From NCBI GenBank assembly GCA_976226885.1, contig OZ320315.1, positions 86,738,001 to 86,802,000 on the forward strand: DNA of 64,000 bases. Direction: 5' to 3'. Under the pieces are notes generated by a model, which saw only the letters and a program-made list of their open reading frames with translations, was not told where the DNA came from and made no database searches. Position numbers and translations under genes: made by a program. The stretch comes from Iphione sp. A-MEVVRFRX5 (taxonomy: Eukaryota). Shown here piece by piece: positions 26,040 through 38,478 of the stretch; position 1 is the stretch's first letter, and each line of letters starts with the position of its first letter.

Positions 26040-26940
26040 AAAATGTGTGTGGCTTAGTGAGTAGCTGTTCGCAGACAATGCTGCCTTAACTGCACACACT
26101 GAGGACACACTACAATGTCTCGTCACCTGCCTGGCACACGCAAGTGATGAATTTGGCCTAACCATCAGCATCAAGAAGACCAACATCTTGGGTCCAGATG
26201 TCAGCACTACCCCATGCATATCTATTGGAGCACACACCCTTGAGGTGATAGAGGACTTCACCTACCTTGGCTCCACCATCTCCAGCAACCTCTCCCTAGA
26301 CCCTGAGCTAAACATCTGGATTGGTAAGGCATCATGGTCCTTATACTCTTGCCAAGAGCATAGACTCAACATTTTTCATCTGCGCTGTCTAAGGAGGATT
26401 TTGGGTATCACCTGGCAGGACCATATCCCAAACAAGGATGTGCTGGCAAAAGCAAAAATACCAAGCATGCATGCCCTTCTCTTGCAGAGACATCTATGCT
26501 GGCTTGGTCATGTCATACATGTGCAGGATGGCTGAATCCCCAAGGACATCTTGTATAGTGAGCTTGCCCATGGTTCAAGGCCCACTGGCAGGCCAGCCCT
26601 GTGATTCAAAGATGTCTGCAAGCATGATCTGAAGGTCGGAAACATCCACCCAACTGACCTTGAAACTACAGCTGCTGATCGCAGTGCCTAGAGACATGCT
26701 GTTAGGACCAGTGTTGAGTTGAGTGAGAGGAAGAGAGAAGGCAACTGGAAAGTAAAGAGAGATCACAGGCAACAGAGAGTATGATCACAGGTCTCAGAGA
26801 CAGTTGCAGACTTTGCCTGCAGTAACTGCAACAAACTTTGCCACTCAAAAATAGGCCTGTACAGCCACAGCAGGTGCTGTTATACAGACTAGCCAAGGCG
26901 CAAATCCCCCCATTGTCTCTCGAACCAGATGGATGCCAAC
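26040..26940 (+). mobile_element. 5'-truncated, decayed RTE-clade LINE
   Basis: LFADNAAL, GLTISIKKT, FTYLGSTIS, RCLRRILGITWQD, WLGHV, IPKDILYSEL...RPTGRP, and a C-terminal CxxCx12HxxxC-like finger (CSNCNKLCHSKIGLYSHSRC). Several stops and an internal deletion. Confidence 0.85.
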
Positions 26941-29900
26941 CAGTGAGTAACATTATCAATGACTGCAAATGCTGATTTCTGCACAGAAACTTGTGTTAAC
27001 ACAAAAAACATAAATGTGTATATGTATAATATATACAACTTTCAGCAATAACTAGCCAGCAACTTTTTTTTTTTATATAGGCACAAGCCATTTATTTCTG
27101 AAGTCATGGTACAATATTAAAATCGTGCTTTTGGGTGTTTTAACAGTTATAACAAGAAGAGAAAACAACAACAAGGCAAGCAGCATTAAGAATCCTGAAG
27201 TACCATATTCCATAGTTTGATAGATTTCTTATTATCCAAATTATATGCCAAGGCCAGTTCTTGTCTAGCTAACTGCTTTTTTTAAAAATTTTTTTTTCAA
27301 ATAGGTGTCTCACCCTTTATTTCTGAGGTGTGTGTACAGAATCACTTTCTTTGATGCTTTTTGTATTTTAAAGATAACAAATAGAGAAGAAACATTAAAC
27401 AGTAACATCAATATGTTGTAGAAGGAACCTGAGGTCTTGCCATTTCCTTTTTTGCTTTGTTGAACTTTTGTTTATACAATGACTTGTCCTTAAGTTGACC
27501 TGGTTTTTAAATTCACTTTTGAAGACAGTGAAGGGTAATTCTCCATGGTAAAAAAGTTTCCTTTTGTATATATAGAATTTGGCTAATAGAAGAGTGAAAT
27601 TTAAAATACTTCTCACTGGGAAGGGATCTTGTACACCTAGGAGCAGCTCTTTATCTGTGAGGCGAGTGATGTCAATGTTATACACAGAATACCACCAACT
27701 GAAGAGCTGTTCCCAAAAAACTCTAGTGGGGGGACATGTAATCAAGAAGTGTAGTACAGTATCAACATTGTTTGATATGTTACAATGAAAACATCGATCT
27801 GATTGTGCTATTTGTAAAAAGTGTAGATAGGAGTTACACGGTATTATATTATAGATTACTCTTACAGCAAAACTTTGCAGTTTTGTAGAAATACAGCAGT
27901 CATATGGATTTCTAAAAATTGTTCTCCAAGTATACTGATCATCAATGAGGTCTGGGATGAGAGCCTGTAATCTATGTTTACATGGTGCAGTGTAACCGGC
28001 TAGTCTGATAGTGAGATCATATATCTGATTCGTAGACAGTTTAACAATATCTACAACATTGTCAATGTCCTCCAAGAAGATCTTGTGAAGGTCCTCCGGA
28101 TTGATGCATTGATCTTCAAATTGAACCTTATAGTAATTTGGAATACTTTCTAACAGGCACTCATATTCTTTTTCTGTCAATACTAGACTAAATTTTTGTT
28201 TAAATTCCTGGATGGTGAAGATATTACCATCAAGTCTAAAAGATGACCTAGCTGTAAGCAACCCTGAGGTTTGAGTATTGTATGAAACTTACATAATATA
28301 GCTTGATCAAGATAATCATTAATCCAGAGTGGCTCAGTGTAGATACCTAATTTAGTAACTGGTATGTACATATAGAACTTCTTCCAGACCTTACAAAGAT
28401 CTTTGTAAAAAGGATTTTGAACTCTCGTTAAGGAACCATTTGATTTGTCTTTAAAGAATTTCTTAATGTCTATTGCTCCTAGAGCTTGTTGTGCCAGGCA
28501 GAGCCAGGGCATTTTAGAACCATATTCTGTCATATGACATATTAACCATATTCGTGTGGCATAATACCTATGAAGTATTGATGCCAGGTTCATTCCACCC
28601 TGTGTTATAGGGAGATATAATGCAGATCTGGCTATCTTTGCCTTCTTTCCATCCCATAAAAACTGATTTACTATTTTATTATATATTCATCTATCACCTT
28701 GGAACAAAGTGGTAAATTTGTGAGAGCATATTGAATAAGGGGTAGTACTAGAGTATTCAATATGATAATCTTTCCCTTGAGAGAGAGTTCCTGTGCCTTC
28801 CATTTATTAAGTATATTTTGTCCCAATTGTAATCTTGGTTTAAAATTATGAAGATAATTAAAATTGGAGTCTTTGGTATTTGTATAGACAATTCCCAGAA
28901 TTTTGATGGAGGACTGAAAATTTATATTCTTGTTGAGAGTACTTGGATCAAAAGTGCCAAAGGCAAGTCCTGTTGTTTTTTGATAATTCACTGTAATTCC
29001 AGTGGCTATCTGGAAACTGTCCAGAATAGAGAAGACTGTATTGACATCTTTTGCTGAGGAGGCAAAGACAACTAAGTCGTCTGCATATTGACAATACTTG
29101 AATCTTTCTCCCTTGATTAGAATACCATTAAAATTATTATTGTGACAAAAGATGTGACCTAATACTTCTGAAACGAGTATGAATAAAAGTGGTGATAAAG
29201 GGCATCCTTGTCTAACTCCCTTTTTCATATGGAAAAAGGAGGTGGTGTAACCATTATTACAGACACAGGATTCTGCATTTTGATAGAGTAGTTTCACCAT
29301 ATGACAGAATCTGTCACCAAAACCAAATTGCTTAAGGATGTGTAACATAGATGGCCACTGTATGGAATCAAAGGCTTTTTTTAAGTTAATACCAATCATT
29401 GCCCCTGACCCTTTCATTGCTATGAGGTGCCACTGAATGTCCGAAATGAGATGATGATTGTCACTTATTGAACGATTTCTTATGTATCCTGTTTGTCTCA
29501 CTGAGATGAGTGAGTCTATGCAAGTTCTTAATCTATTGGCAAGTATCAAGGCTATTATTTTATAATCTAGATTTAGAAGGGAGATTGGACGCCAGTTCAT
29601 AATGTCTTGTAACTCTTGTTGGGGTTTAGGGAGGAGTGTAATAACAGCTCTGTTGAATGAAGGTGAGGTGTTTTCTAAAGAATGAAGATTTTCAAATGCC
29701 AAGTAGAAATAATTTTTGAGAGTGGGCCAGAAAGTCTTATAGAATTCAGTTGATAGGCCATCCAGACTGGGGGCTTTATTTAGGTGCATTTGGCTGAGTG
29801 CCTCGTTGATTTCTGATTAAGAAAGAGGTTGCTCCAAAAGGGTATTTATTTCTGTGGTAATTTTGGGGAGAGGGGGGGTGTAGTGTTTGCAGCAGATCTG

Positions 29901-30879
29901 GGATGGGAGTATCAGCAAAACCATCCCCAGCATATAATGTTTGATAGAAGCCAAGATTACGTGTCAAGATTTCCTTATTTTTATACAGTATAACACCATG
30001 TTCATCCTTTAGTGTTGAAATAGTTTTTGCTTTCATTTTGCTTTTTTCCATATTGAGAAAATATTTCGAAGGCTTCTCCCCATAGGCTAACCATTTTGCT
30101 TTAGACCGAAATATGGCCCCTGCTGCCTTTCTATATTCTAGATCTAATAGCTGTGTTTTAACTTTTTCTAGTTCATTAGTAATGTCTTGAGAAGTATTTG
30201 GTTGATAATCTATTTTTTCCTGAAGATCCGAAAGTTGATGTGTCAAAAAATTCTCTAAAAGTTGTGTCTTTTTTGCTTGAGATTTGGAGTATTGTATTGT
30301 GACTTCCTTATTTTTGAATTTGATATATTCCCATTTACTCAAGTGAGATAAAGTGGTTGCTTGGTCAGCCCAATGAGGAATCCCTTCCTTGATTAACTCT
30401 ACATATTCAGGGTCCTCTAACAGTAAATTGTTAACTTTCCAGTGACCTGGTCCTTTACGTGTACCAGCTATCAACAACGTTGCTTGTACAAGACTATGGT
30501 CTGAAAGGACCCCAGGAATAATCGTACTTGTCAGGACACTAGGGTAGGCCTACAGATCCGGCGATACAAGAATGAAATCTATACGTGAGGCAGCTTTTCT
30601 GTTGTGCCAGGAATAACGTCTGGATAAGGGGTGACTTCTTCTCCATACATCTACAAATTCTGTGACATTTAGAAAATCTAAGAAGGCTTGGTGGGGTTTC
30701 TTTTGTAGGCCTCGTCTAGAAGTGTATCCAGTGTTTCATCTATTACCGAGTTGAAATCACCCCCTAAAATCCAAGACTCCCTCTGGGCCTGTGTAATCAG
30801 ATTTGTCACATCATCAAAAAGTGCCCTTTGGCTGTCTACATGATTTGCAGTAGATGCATATATAGACAGTAGATTATAT

Positions 30880-31124
30880 TGTTACGTTGTTTACCGCTTC
30901 TCAAACTCATGACGCCAAGAACACAGAGGTAAGTTGAAAAGATGTTTATTCCAACAGAACTGGTCTTAAACTGAGCCACCCCCCATCTCCTGCTCACCCT
31001 TATATAATGTTACTGAGGAGCTTTCACGTACAGATGCACTCGCACAATCACCAACGCACGACCACAACCTCGCACAACCAAGCTCGCACACTCTCATCAC
31101 AATCACCACTGCACGCGCGCAACA
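30880..31124 (-). repeat. 3' LTR (245 bp)
   Basis: Direct repeat of 39881-40125 with TG..CA termini. The PPT AAGAAGGGGGAAG (31125-31137, -) abuts it. Confidence 0.97.
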
Positions 31125-31939
31125 CTTCCCCCTTCTTAGTTTCTACCGTCTCGGTAGAACAACAACACTGAACAACAGGTCTGCACTTGCTCAGACTAAC
31201 TTCTAGTAGAAATCCATTCAACAGGAATGGCAGATGAAATATAACCGCACAGTACAGTGCAGGACTTAGAAGAGTTACTGGAGTAAGGTTGCCAGAACAT
31301 GCATGAGGAAACATCCGTTCCAACTACAATCTTACAGTAGCATTTCCAATATGGAAGATAAACATCAACTTGTAGCCCAAGTACATGAGCTTACTGGCCT
31401 ACAGTGGCCCAAGGAGAGAAGATGGAACATATTCCATACAAAACTAACAAGTCCTTATCTCTTCTTTTATCTTATGTAAGGTCAAAATCCACTCGGATCC
31501 CCAGTACAGGGGAAACTTAGTCTGGTTACCTCCACACATCACAGGACACCACAACACTACTGAAAATAAAACAGTGCAAAAGGCACCGGAGCTGAGCTCT
31601 ACACATTACAGGACAACACAACAGAGATCACGCCAACATTCCAAGTACCTCACCAACTAGGGCAACATGGTAACAAGCCTAGAGCTAAGCTCAACAACTC
31701 CTTAGCCTAAACACTTGAGGCAAATTTACATGCTTCTATAAGTTTAGCTAGGTTTACACACAACATGGATCTTGAAGAATGAGCATGATACAATGCCAAG
31801 ACGTGGTCTGCTAATCAGAGCCACGGCCAAGGGGGACCCAGCAGTCTGGTCTACGACTCTCCCCTCAGAGAAAATTAACAAAACTACCTCCCGGAGCGGA
31901 AGGAAAACAACCCATAAGGGGTCGAGAGAATAATCCCTA

Positions 31940-34130
31940 TTACTTATCTAGAAGATACTCGAACTCCTCTGACATGGTGAAAACCCGCATGTTCGGGCCA
32001 TCGCTAGTATGTCCCCACTGTTCTTTGACCAACCTGGGCTGACGACCCTCCAACATGGCAGACCGTTCGTAATACCAAACGCGTACGCCAAGGATAGTCC
32101 CCGCGTCTCCTCGCTTCAGGGTCATAGACTGCTCCACGGTAAGTGTCACTACCCACCCTTCGACCCTGGTACTGGTAAGTCCCTCTGTTTCTTGGATTAG
32201 CCAGCCTGGTGGAGGCGCAACATCGGGGGTAACCAACCTGGCCGTCTGCCAAAGAATGAGGAGTTGGGGTACCACGGTGGGCTCCCCAGAAATGGTGAAG
32301 CGCTCACTCTTTTTGTTGACTTGTACCAGCAGTCCGGCTTCTTCCCCAGGGTCCAAGTCTGTACCTAGGTTGGTACCTTTTCTTGGACTTCGTAGTCCCT
32401 CGGCCCGGGGACACACAGGTGACCCTTGGGGAGTAATCCGGGGTCGCACAGGTGACCCTTGGGGGGGTAATCCGGGCCACCAGATCGCGCCGATCCACGG
32501 GTTTCTCCGTCGTTGGTCCTCCTGGCCTGGAAGGCGTTCCATGGGGCAGCGCAGGGGGAGCCGCACCCGCATCCACGATGATGGTGATGTCGCTGTCACC
32601 GTTCGGTTCCATCTCCTCTGCAGTCTTGACCACAAACTCTTGCCCCGGTAAGAGGGCTACCCCGTCACAAATGAACTCCTGGTCCTTCCCCGACACCCGG
32701 ATCTCTTTACTGGGTACGCCGTAGTCCAGGCGTGGGGTCTGGGCCACAGTCTCAGTGGTGAGCCCTTTGGATGGGTTGCTGGCCTCGACTTCTGATGCTG
32801 ACGAGATGTCCTCGTATACCGGGGCCTGCACAGTGACCACCGGAGAAGAAGCGGGCGCCCGTCGGGTCTGTGTGTGAGGAGGTCGCATGTCCGGCTCACG
32901 GAATTCTCCAGCAGGTGTCGTACCGGTCACAGCAGTTCCCGCTCCCATCGGGGTTGAGGTGGAGACCGCAGGGGGAACTGACATGTCCCGGCGTCCCCCA
33001 CTGGAAGACACCTGGTCCCCATGCCCAACCCCTTCGTCCAACTCCATGAGGCAGGTCTGGTCGGGGTCAGTTCTTTCAACTCCTGAGGTCACCCGCACGT
33101 CTCCACTTCCGGGAGCCATCGTTCCCTGACCTGCGACTGACTGCGTGTGCAACTGTCCCACGTCCCCAGTGGTAGTGGTCACGGTTACCACTGTGTCGGT
33201 CACTGTCGTCGTCGTCGGGCCCGAATCCAAGCCCGATAACCCTTGAAGATTTCCAAGTCCTGCCAGGAATTCGGAAGGGCTCCAATCTGAGTCGGCCGGG
33301 GACCACGCGATCACCTTCTTTGGCGGAGCCCCACCCTCGTCATTTGAGATGAGGATAACACTAGTCTTCTTCTTTCCTCTAGGTCCCAGGGAGGAGTCGG
33401 AGGACGACGATCCAGGTGTGGCTCCACTGGAGGAGTCGCCCACCCGTAGTTGCCCGATGCGCAGAGGAGGGAGTGCCTTTTCTGACTTCCGACGGGAAGC
33501 GAGTCCTTTACCCTTGGTCACTTTTCGTACGGCCGTATCCGAACTAGGCACCCGTCGCACCGGCGGACCCGCCTCGCTGCGGCTCCCGTCCTTGCTCCTC
33601 TGGGGAACAGCTACCCCTGAGGGGCCTGGGACCGGCTGAGCCACGGGGGTGGGAGCCATCCCCTCACCGGAGGGCCCCGGCATAGGAGCAGGAGAGGGCC
33701 CAGGCGTCAGGGGGGGCGGCACACGAGTAGCCCCCGAATCTCCTGTCTCCCGCCTTTGGCGTGCCTCCTCTTCCATCTCGGCCCGCTCTTTCCGCCGCTT
33801 CTTGGCCTCCATGATGAGCTGGTACTGGTATTCTTCCTCCAGTTCAGCGGGCATACGTTGAGGGTAACCCCGCGTTGGGTTTGAGCCCTCAAACATCAGA
33901 TATTCGATGTCGATTTTCTGCCCTAACTCCAGGCCGTGATGAACCAGGCGGAGATGGCGTACCAGGTCGGATCGTCGATGGAAAGCTTGACTCCGGCAGG
34001 TGGGCGTGGGGCACCGGCGCCCAAACCCCACGATCTCATGCTTCTCTTCAATATGTTTAAGTAGGCGATACTTGTTGGGGAAGGCCCGGTCGCAATACTG
34101 GCACTCCCACTTCGCTTTGGTTGACGACAT
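31940..34130 (-). CDS. Gypsy accessory ORF3 (~729 aa after removing 1 nt in the G7 run at 32461-32467): two C2H2 fingers, charged helix, disordered P/S/T region, unknown C-terminal domain
   Basis: MSSTKAKWECQYCDRAFPNKYRLLKHIEEKH (Cx2Cx12Hx4H) and CPTPTCRSQAFHRRSDLVRHLRLVH (Cx4Cx13Hx4H). It combines track ORFs 32304..35096 and 31940..32635. The correction turns a 33-bp DNA repeat into a clean RITPQGSPV x2 peptide repeat. Confidence 0.75.
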
Positions 34131-34899
34131 ACTGGCGCTGGGGAGATGCGAAACAGGCCCGCACGAGTCGCTCACAGAAGCGGTGGATGTCCGCAATGGA
34201 AACTCGCACGACTGGTCTCCAGGAGCGGTCAACCCGCAGGGTGCGATCTTTCCACGTGCGCGAAGCTGGTCGGAGAACCCTCGCACAGGTGCGGTAGTGG
34301 TTGCACTGGCCGGCCCCAGAGCGAGTTCGGTAGTGCGGTGGTGCCCTGCAGCGACAAGGGGTAATTCAATAATCGCTCGATCACCGTAATCCCAATCGAA
34401 CGATCTTCCCCCCAATCCAAAATTCCCCGCATGAAATCGATCCAAATGCCAGCCAACATGATCCAAACAGTTACTCACGAGGATAGTCCAGCAAATTCCG
34501 CGCAGGGGAGGCCGTTTCTCATCAGAAATCAAGTTAATCCTTCGTAGCGACGCTAATCGGCACTTTCCTCCATCAGATTTCGGTTCCTCCAGCGTCCTTC
34601 CAGGAGGCGCCTTAGTCGCGTGCTCCTGATAGTGCGTTCGTTCCTCACTAGAGGGCGACTCTGTTCGATCGCTATCGCACGCACTACGTGCGAGGCTCGT
34701 TCTTTCAGGTGGCGCTCCACTCGTGCGCTCTTGGTCGTGTGCGCACTTTCCGCTAGGTGGCGACTCGCTCCTGTGCCAGCTATCCTCGCATGACTCGTGC
34801 CCGCCTTCCGCGCATGAACATCGGCCGACGGAGTTCTCAGCCAAGCGCAGTCTCCTTATCACCGCCAGACTTTCTGCCGATTCCTGATCTTCTACTTCA

Positions 34900-37800
34900 G
34901 TGGGAGCATCCAAGATTGCCTTCTTCAAGAGATCACCATGGACTATTTTTGTAGTCCTGCCTTTCTTGATGCGGAAGACCACCAGAGACAGTTGCTGGTC
35001 AATAATCCAGGGGCCGGTCCACCAGCGCTCCAGCTTGGGTGAGCGACCGGGCTTTTTTACAGGCTGAAACAGCCACACTGATTGCCCGTCCTCCAACTTT
35101 TGAGGATGGACCCGGTTATCATACCAGTCAGCTTGCCTTTTTTGCCACTTTCTTCAATTGTTGGGCCACCCCTCGGTACGCCGACTGTGCCCGCTGGTGT
35201 AAGTCCTGTGCATAGAGGGGGAGGTCAAGATCCTCTCTTTCTGGGCCCCCATACATCACCTCCACCGGAAGCCTGGTTTCACGCTGCGTCATCAGCCAGT
35301 TCGGAGTGTGACCAGTACTTGCATGGGGGGTAGCTCTATAGGCGGCCATGACGAAGGGAAGCTGCAAATCCCACTCTTCTTGGGCACGGTTACAAGATGT
35401 GGCGATCATCCCCAAAAGAGTACGATTCATACGCTCCACCACCCCATCTGCTTGCGGGTGATAGGGAGTGGTGTGGGTCTTCTGAACTCCCAGCAACCGT
35501 AGAACCTCCACGACCAGGCTGCTTTCAAAATTCCTTCCCTGATCTGAATGGAGGGTACGCGGTGGTCCAAATCTGCAGATCACTTCTCTGACTAATACCT
35601 CCGCGGTAGCCGTCGCCGTCAGTTCCTTCAATGGAAATGCTTCTCCCCACTTCGTGAAGTGGTCCATTACAACCAAGACATAGCGGTTGTCATGCTCAGT
35701 ACGAGGCAAGGGACCCAACACGTCCACTGACACCAGCGACCAGGGCTCCGATGCTCCTCTGCTTTGTAGTGGCGAACGGCGAAGAGCCCCTGGTGACTTT
35801 CGCTGCTGGCACTCCGGGCAACTCTGGCCCCAGCAAGAGATGTCACGTCGCTGTCCAGGCCAAAAGTACCGAAGTCGCAGCACCCCTAGGGTCTTCTCTA
35901 TGACCAAGTGGCCCCCCAGAGGCCTAGCATGAGTAGCACTCCACACCTTCCGACGCAAGACTCTGGGCACATAACACTGCCTCAGCGACCGCCCATCCTC
36001 CAGCTCCCACCTGCGAATGAGTTTCCCCTGGTCCAGCTCCAACCGACCCACTTCCAAACAGAGCTTCCTCTCTTCCCATGTAGACTCTGGCAAAGGGTGG
36101 GGAGCCTCCCCTTCCCCTTTTTCCGACCAGTCCAGCAACTGAGCCGGAAGAGCTTCGGCTCGAGTCTCCACCTCGATTCCCAGGCGATCATCATGGCTTC
36201 GTAACTCCAGCCGGTGGACTTGTTCTGGATGGTTACCTTCCTCCATTCGCCCACATTGACGACATGTAACTCGAGAAAGAGCGTCTGCATTTCCGTGTTT
36301 TCGGCCAGGGCGGTGCACGATCTTGAAATTATAGCAAAACACCTCCTCCAGCCATCGGGCTAGTTGGCCTTCGGGTTCCTTGAACTGACATAACCACTTG
36401 AGAGAGTCATGGTCGGTACGTATGACTACCGGCTGCAAGCCCAAGTAATGGCGGAACCGGCGTAGGGCCCATACCACAGCGAGGAGTTCCCGACGAGTAA
36501 CACAATAGTTCCTCTCGGCCTTGTTCAATCCCCAGCTGGCATAGGCGATAACCCGTTCTTCTCCTTCTTGTTCCTGACTCAATACTGCACCAACCCCAAC
36601 TAGGGAGGCGTCTGTGTCAAGCCACAACTCTCCCTCACTCTGTGGGTACGCCAACACCGGAGCAGAAGTGAGACGATTCTTCAGCTCTTCGAAGGACTGT
36701 TCGCATTCCGATGACCAGCGGAATTCCACACCCTTCTCAGTAAGGGAAATCAGTGGGGATGCGATATCCGCGAATCCCCGAACGAAGCTGCGGTAGTAGG
36801 ATGCCAAACCCACAAAACTTCTGACTTCAGTCACGCATCTGGGGGTAGGCCAGTCCCTTATGGCTTGTGTCTTCTGAGGATCTGCCGCAATTCCCTTCTC
36901 CGAAACCATATGGCCCCGGTAACGCACCTCTTCCTGGCAAAGTTGACACTTTGAAGGCTTAATCCGGAGACCGGCGTCCGAGAGCCGCTGAAACACTAAC
37001 TCCAGATTACGACAGGAGTCCTGAATATCATTCCCCAAGACTATCACATCGTCGAGATACACCAAACATTTGTCTCCCACAACGCCCCGAAGGATGGCCT
37101 CCATTAGCCTCTCAAACGTGGATGGGGCGTTGCAGAGCCCAAATGGTATAATTCTAAATTGAAATAGTCCTTCCAAGGTGCTGACCGCGGTCTTCTCCCG
37201 GTCTTCTGGGTGGACTCCAACCTGCCAATAACCGCTGGCTAAGTCCAGGGCGGAAAAGAACCGCGCTCCCTGTAAGGCATCGAGGGTATCATCGATACGC
37301 GGGAGCGGGTACGCGTCCTTCTTGGTACACTTGTTCAGTTGTCTGTAGTCCACACAGAAACGCACACCTCCATCTTTCTTGCGCACCAGGAGTGCTGGGG
37401 ACGCCCACGGACTCACCGAAGCCTCTATCACCCCTTGTTCTAGCATCTTCTCGATCTCCTGCTGCATAAGAGACCGCTTGTTGCGATGAACTCGATGTGC
37501 CCGTTGACGAATAGGGGGGTGTCCCTGCGTATCAATGCGGTGGGTAATCAGCTCCGTGTGTCCGGGTGTACTGGAGGCCGTCTGAAGAATAGTGCTAAAC
37601 TTCTCCAATAAGCGTCGCACTAAGTCCTCCTCTTCCGGTTGTAGAGTCGAGGGGAGCGTAGCCATCAGGCGACCAATAGCCTCTTGGCGTTCTTGCTGTA
37701 GACCCATCTCCTCCACTTCCGACGTCTCACAGGGGGTAACTGCGCAAGCCGTCCCAATACACGTTCCGGAATAGACCTTGAGGGGATCCTCACCAGGGTT

Positions 37801-38478
37801 CCATACCGGGACCCTAGGCTCAGTCATCTTCGGGTCCAAGACGGCAGGTAGCAGTCGCAGTCCCGTACGCCCCTCGAAGCCAATCCCGGGTTCCACTAGG
37901 GTAAGACCTGCATCAACGGTCCCCGGTAAATTCACGGTCAACACCTGCTGGCTGCGCCCTGGGATGACACTGGTTTCCCTCACCGACACCTTTCCAACCT
38001 CCCCGGGGAGTGCAATCTCCACCCGGCCCGTGTTGGTATGGACCGTAGCTCCCCATGCCTCCAAGGTATCTAGCCCTAGTAGTCCATCGGCCTCGATATG
38101 CCCTACGCGGGCGGACACTGGTAGCCACAACTCGTTGAACCGAACCATCAAACGGGCGATTCCTTGCACCTCCAAGGGCTGTCCATCAGCGCAGAGGACT
38201 CGTCCTCGAGAGGGAGACAAGGGCACTTTCTTGAGTCCTTCGTAAATTCGCGAGGCCAACACCGTCACCGAGGCTCCAGTGTCGATCAGCCAACGTACCT
38301 CCACTTCCTGGATGAGGCTCGTCAACACCCAACCTTTCTCGGAGGTTCCCCACGAAGCTTGCAGTGCACAGTTGACCGGAGAAGCCAGCTGAACCGCAGC
38401 TAGCTGCTCCGGCCAGTCCTCTTCGGGCTGGCTCTCCGCCCGCCCTACTGTTCCAGGGCGGGCGGGTTGCCGTTTCCC
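34900..38478 (-). CDS. pol: Gypsy pol (protease, RT, RNase H, integrase); 1-nt frameshift in the A6 run at 35148-35153
   Basis: LIDTGAS, WASPALLVRKKDGGVRFCVDYRQLN, YLDD, DTDAS, HHCC zinc finger, D-D-E core (SVDVLGP, HSDQG, VERMNRTL). The GPY/F-like tail KLERWWTGPW...HGDLLK continues in the +1 frame. Confidence 0.95.
38436..38478 (-). promoter_or_regulatory. -1 programmed ribosomal frameshift signal (gag-pol)
   Basis: Slippery G GGA AAC (38472-38478), 6-nt spacer, then a perfect 11-bp stem CCGCCCGCCCT / AGGGCGGGCGG with an 8-nt loop (38436-38465). pol is in the -1 frame relative to gag. Confidence 0.9.

Noticed and set aside
27050-27063. Possible LINE TSD (agccagcaac versus agccggcagc near 40258)
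   Set aside because: Only 8/10 identity and the 5' end is uncertain; not enough to call.
31940-34130. ORF3 as an envelope glycoprotein
   Set aside because: No signal peptide, TM anchor or cleavage/fusion motif seen; the zinc fingers and basic runs point to a nuclear protein.
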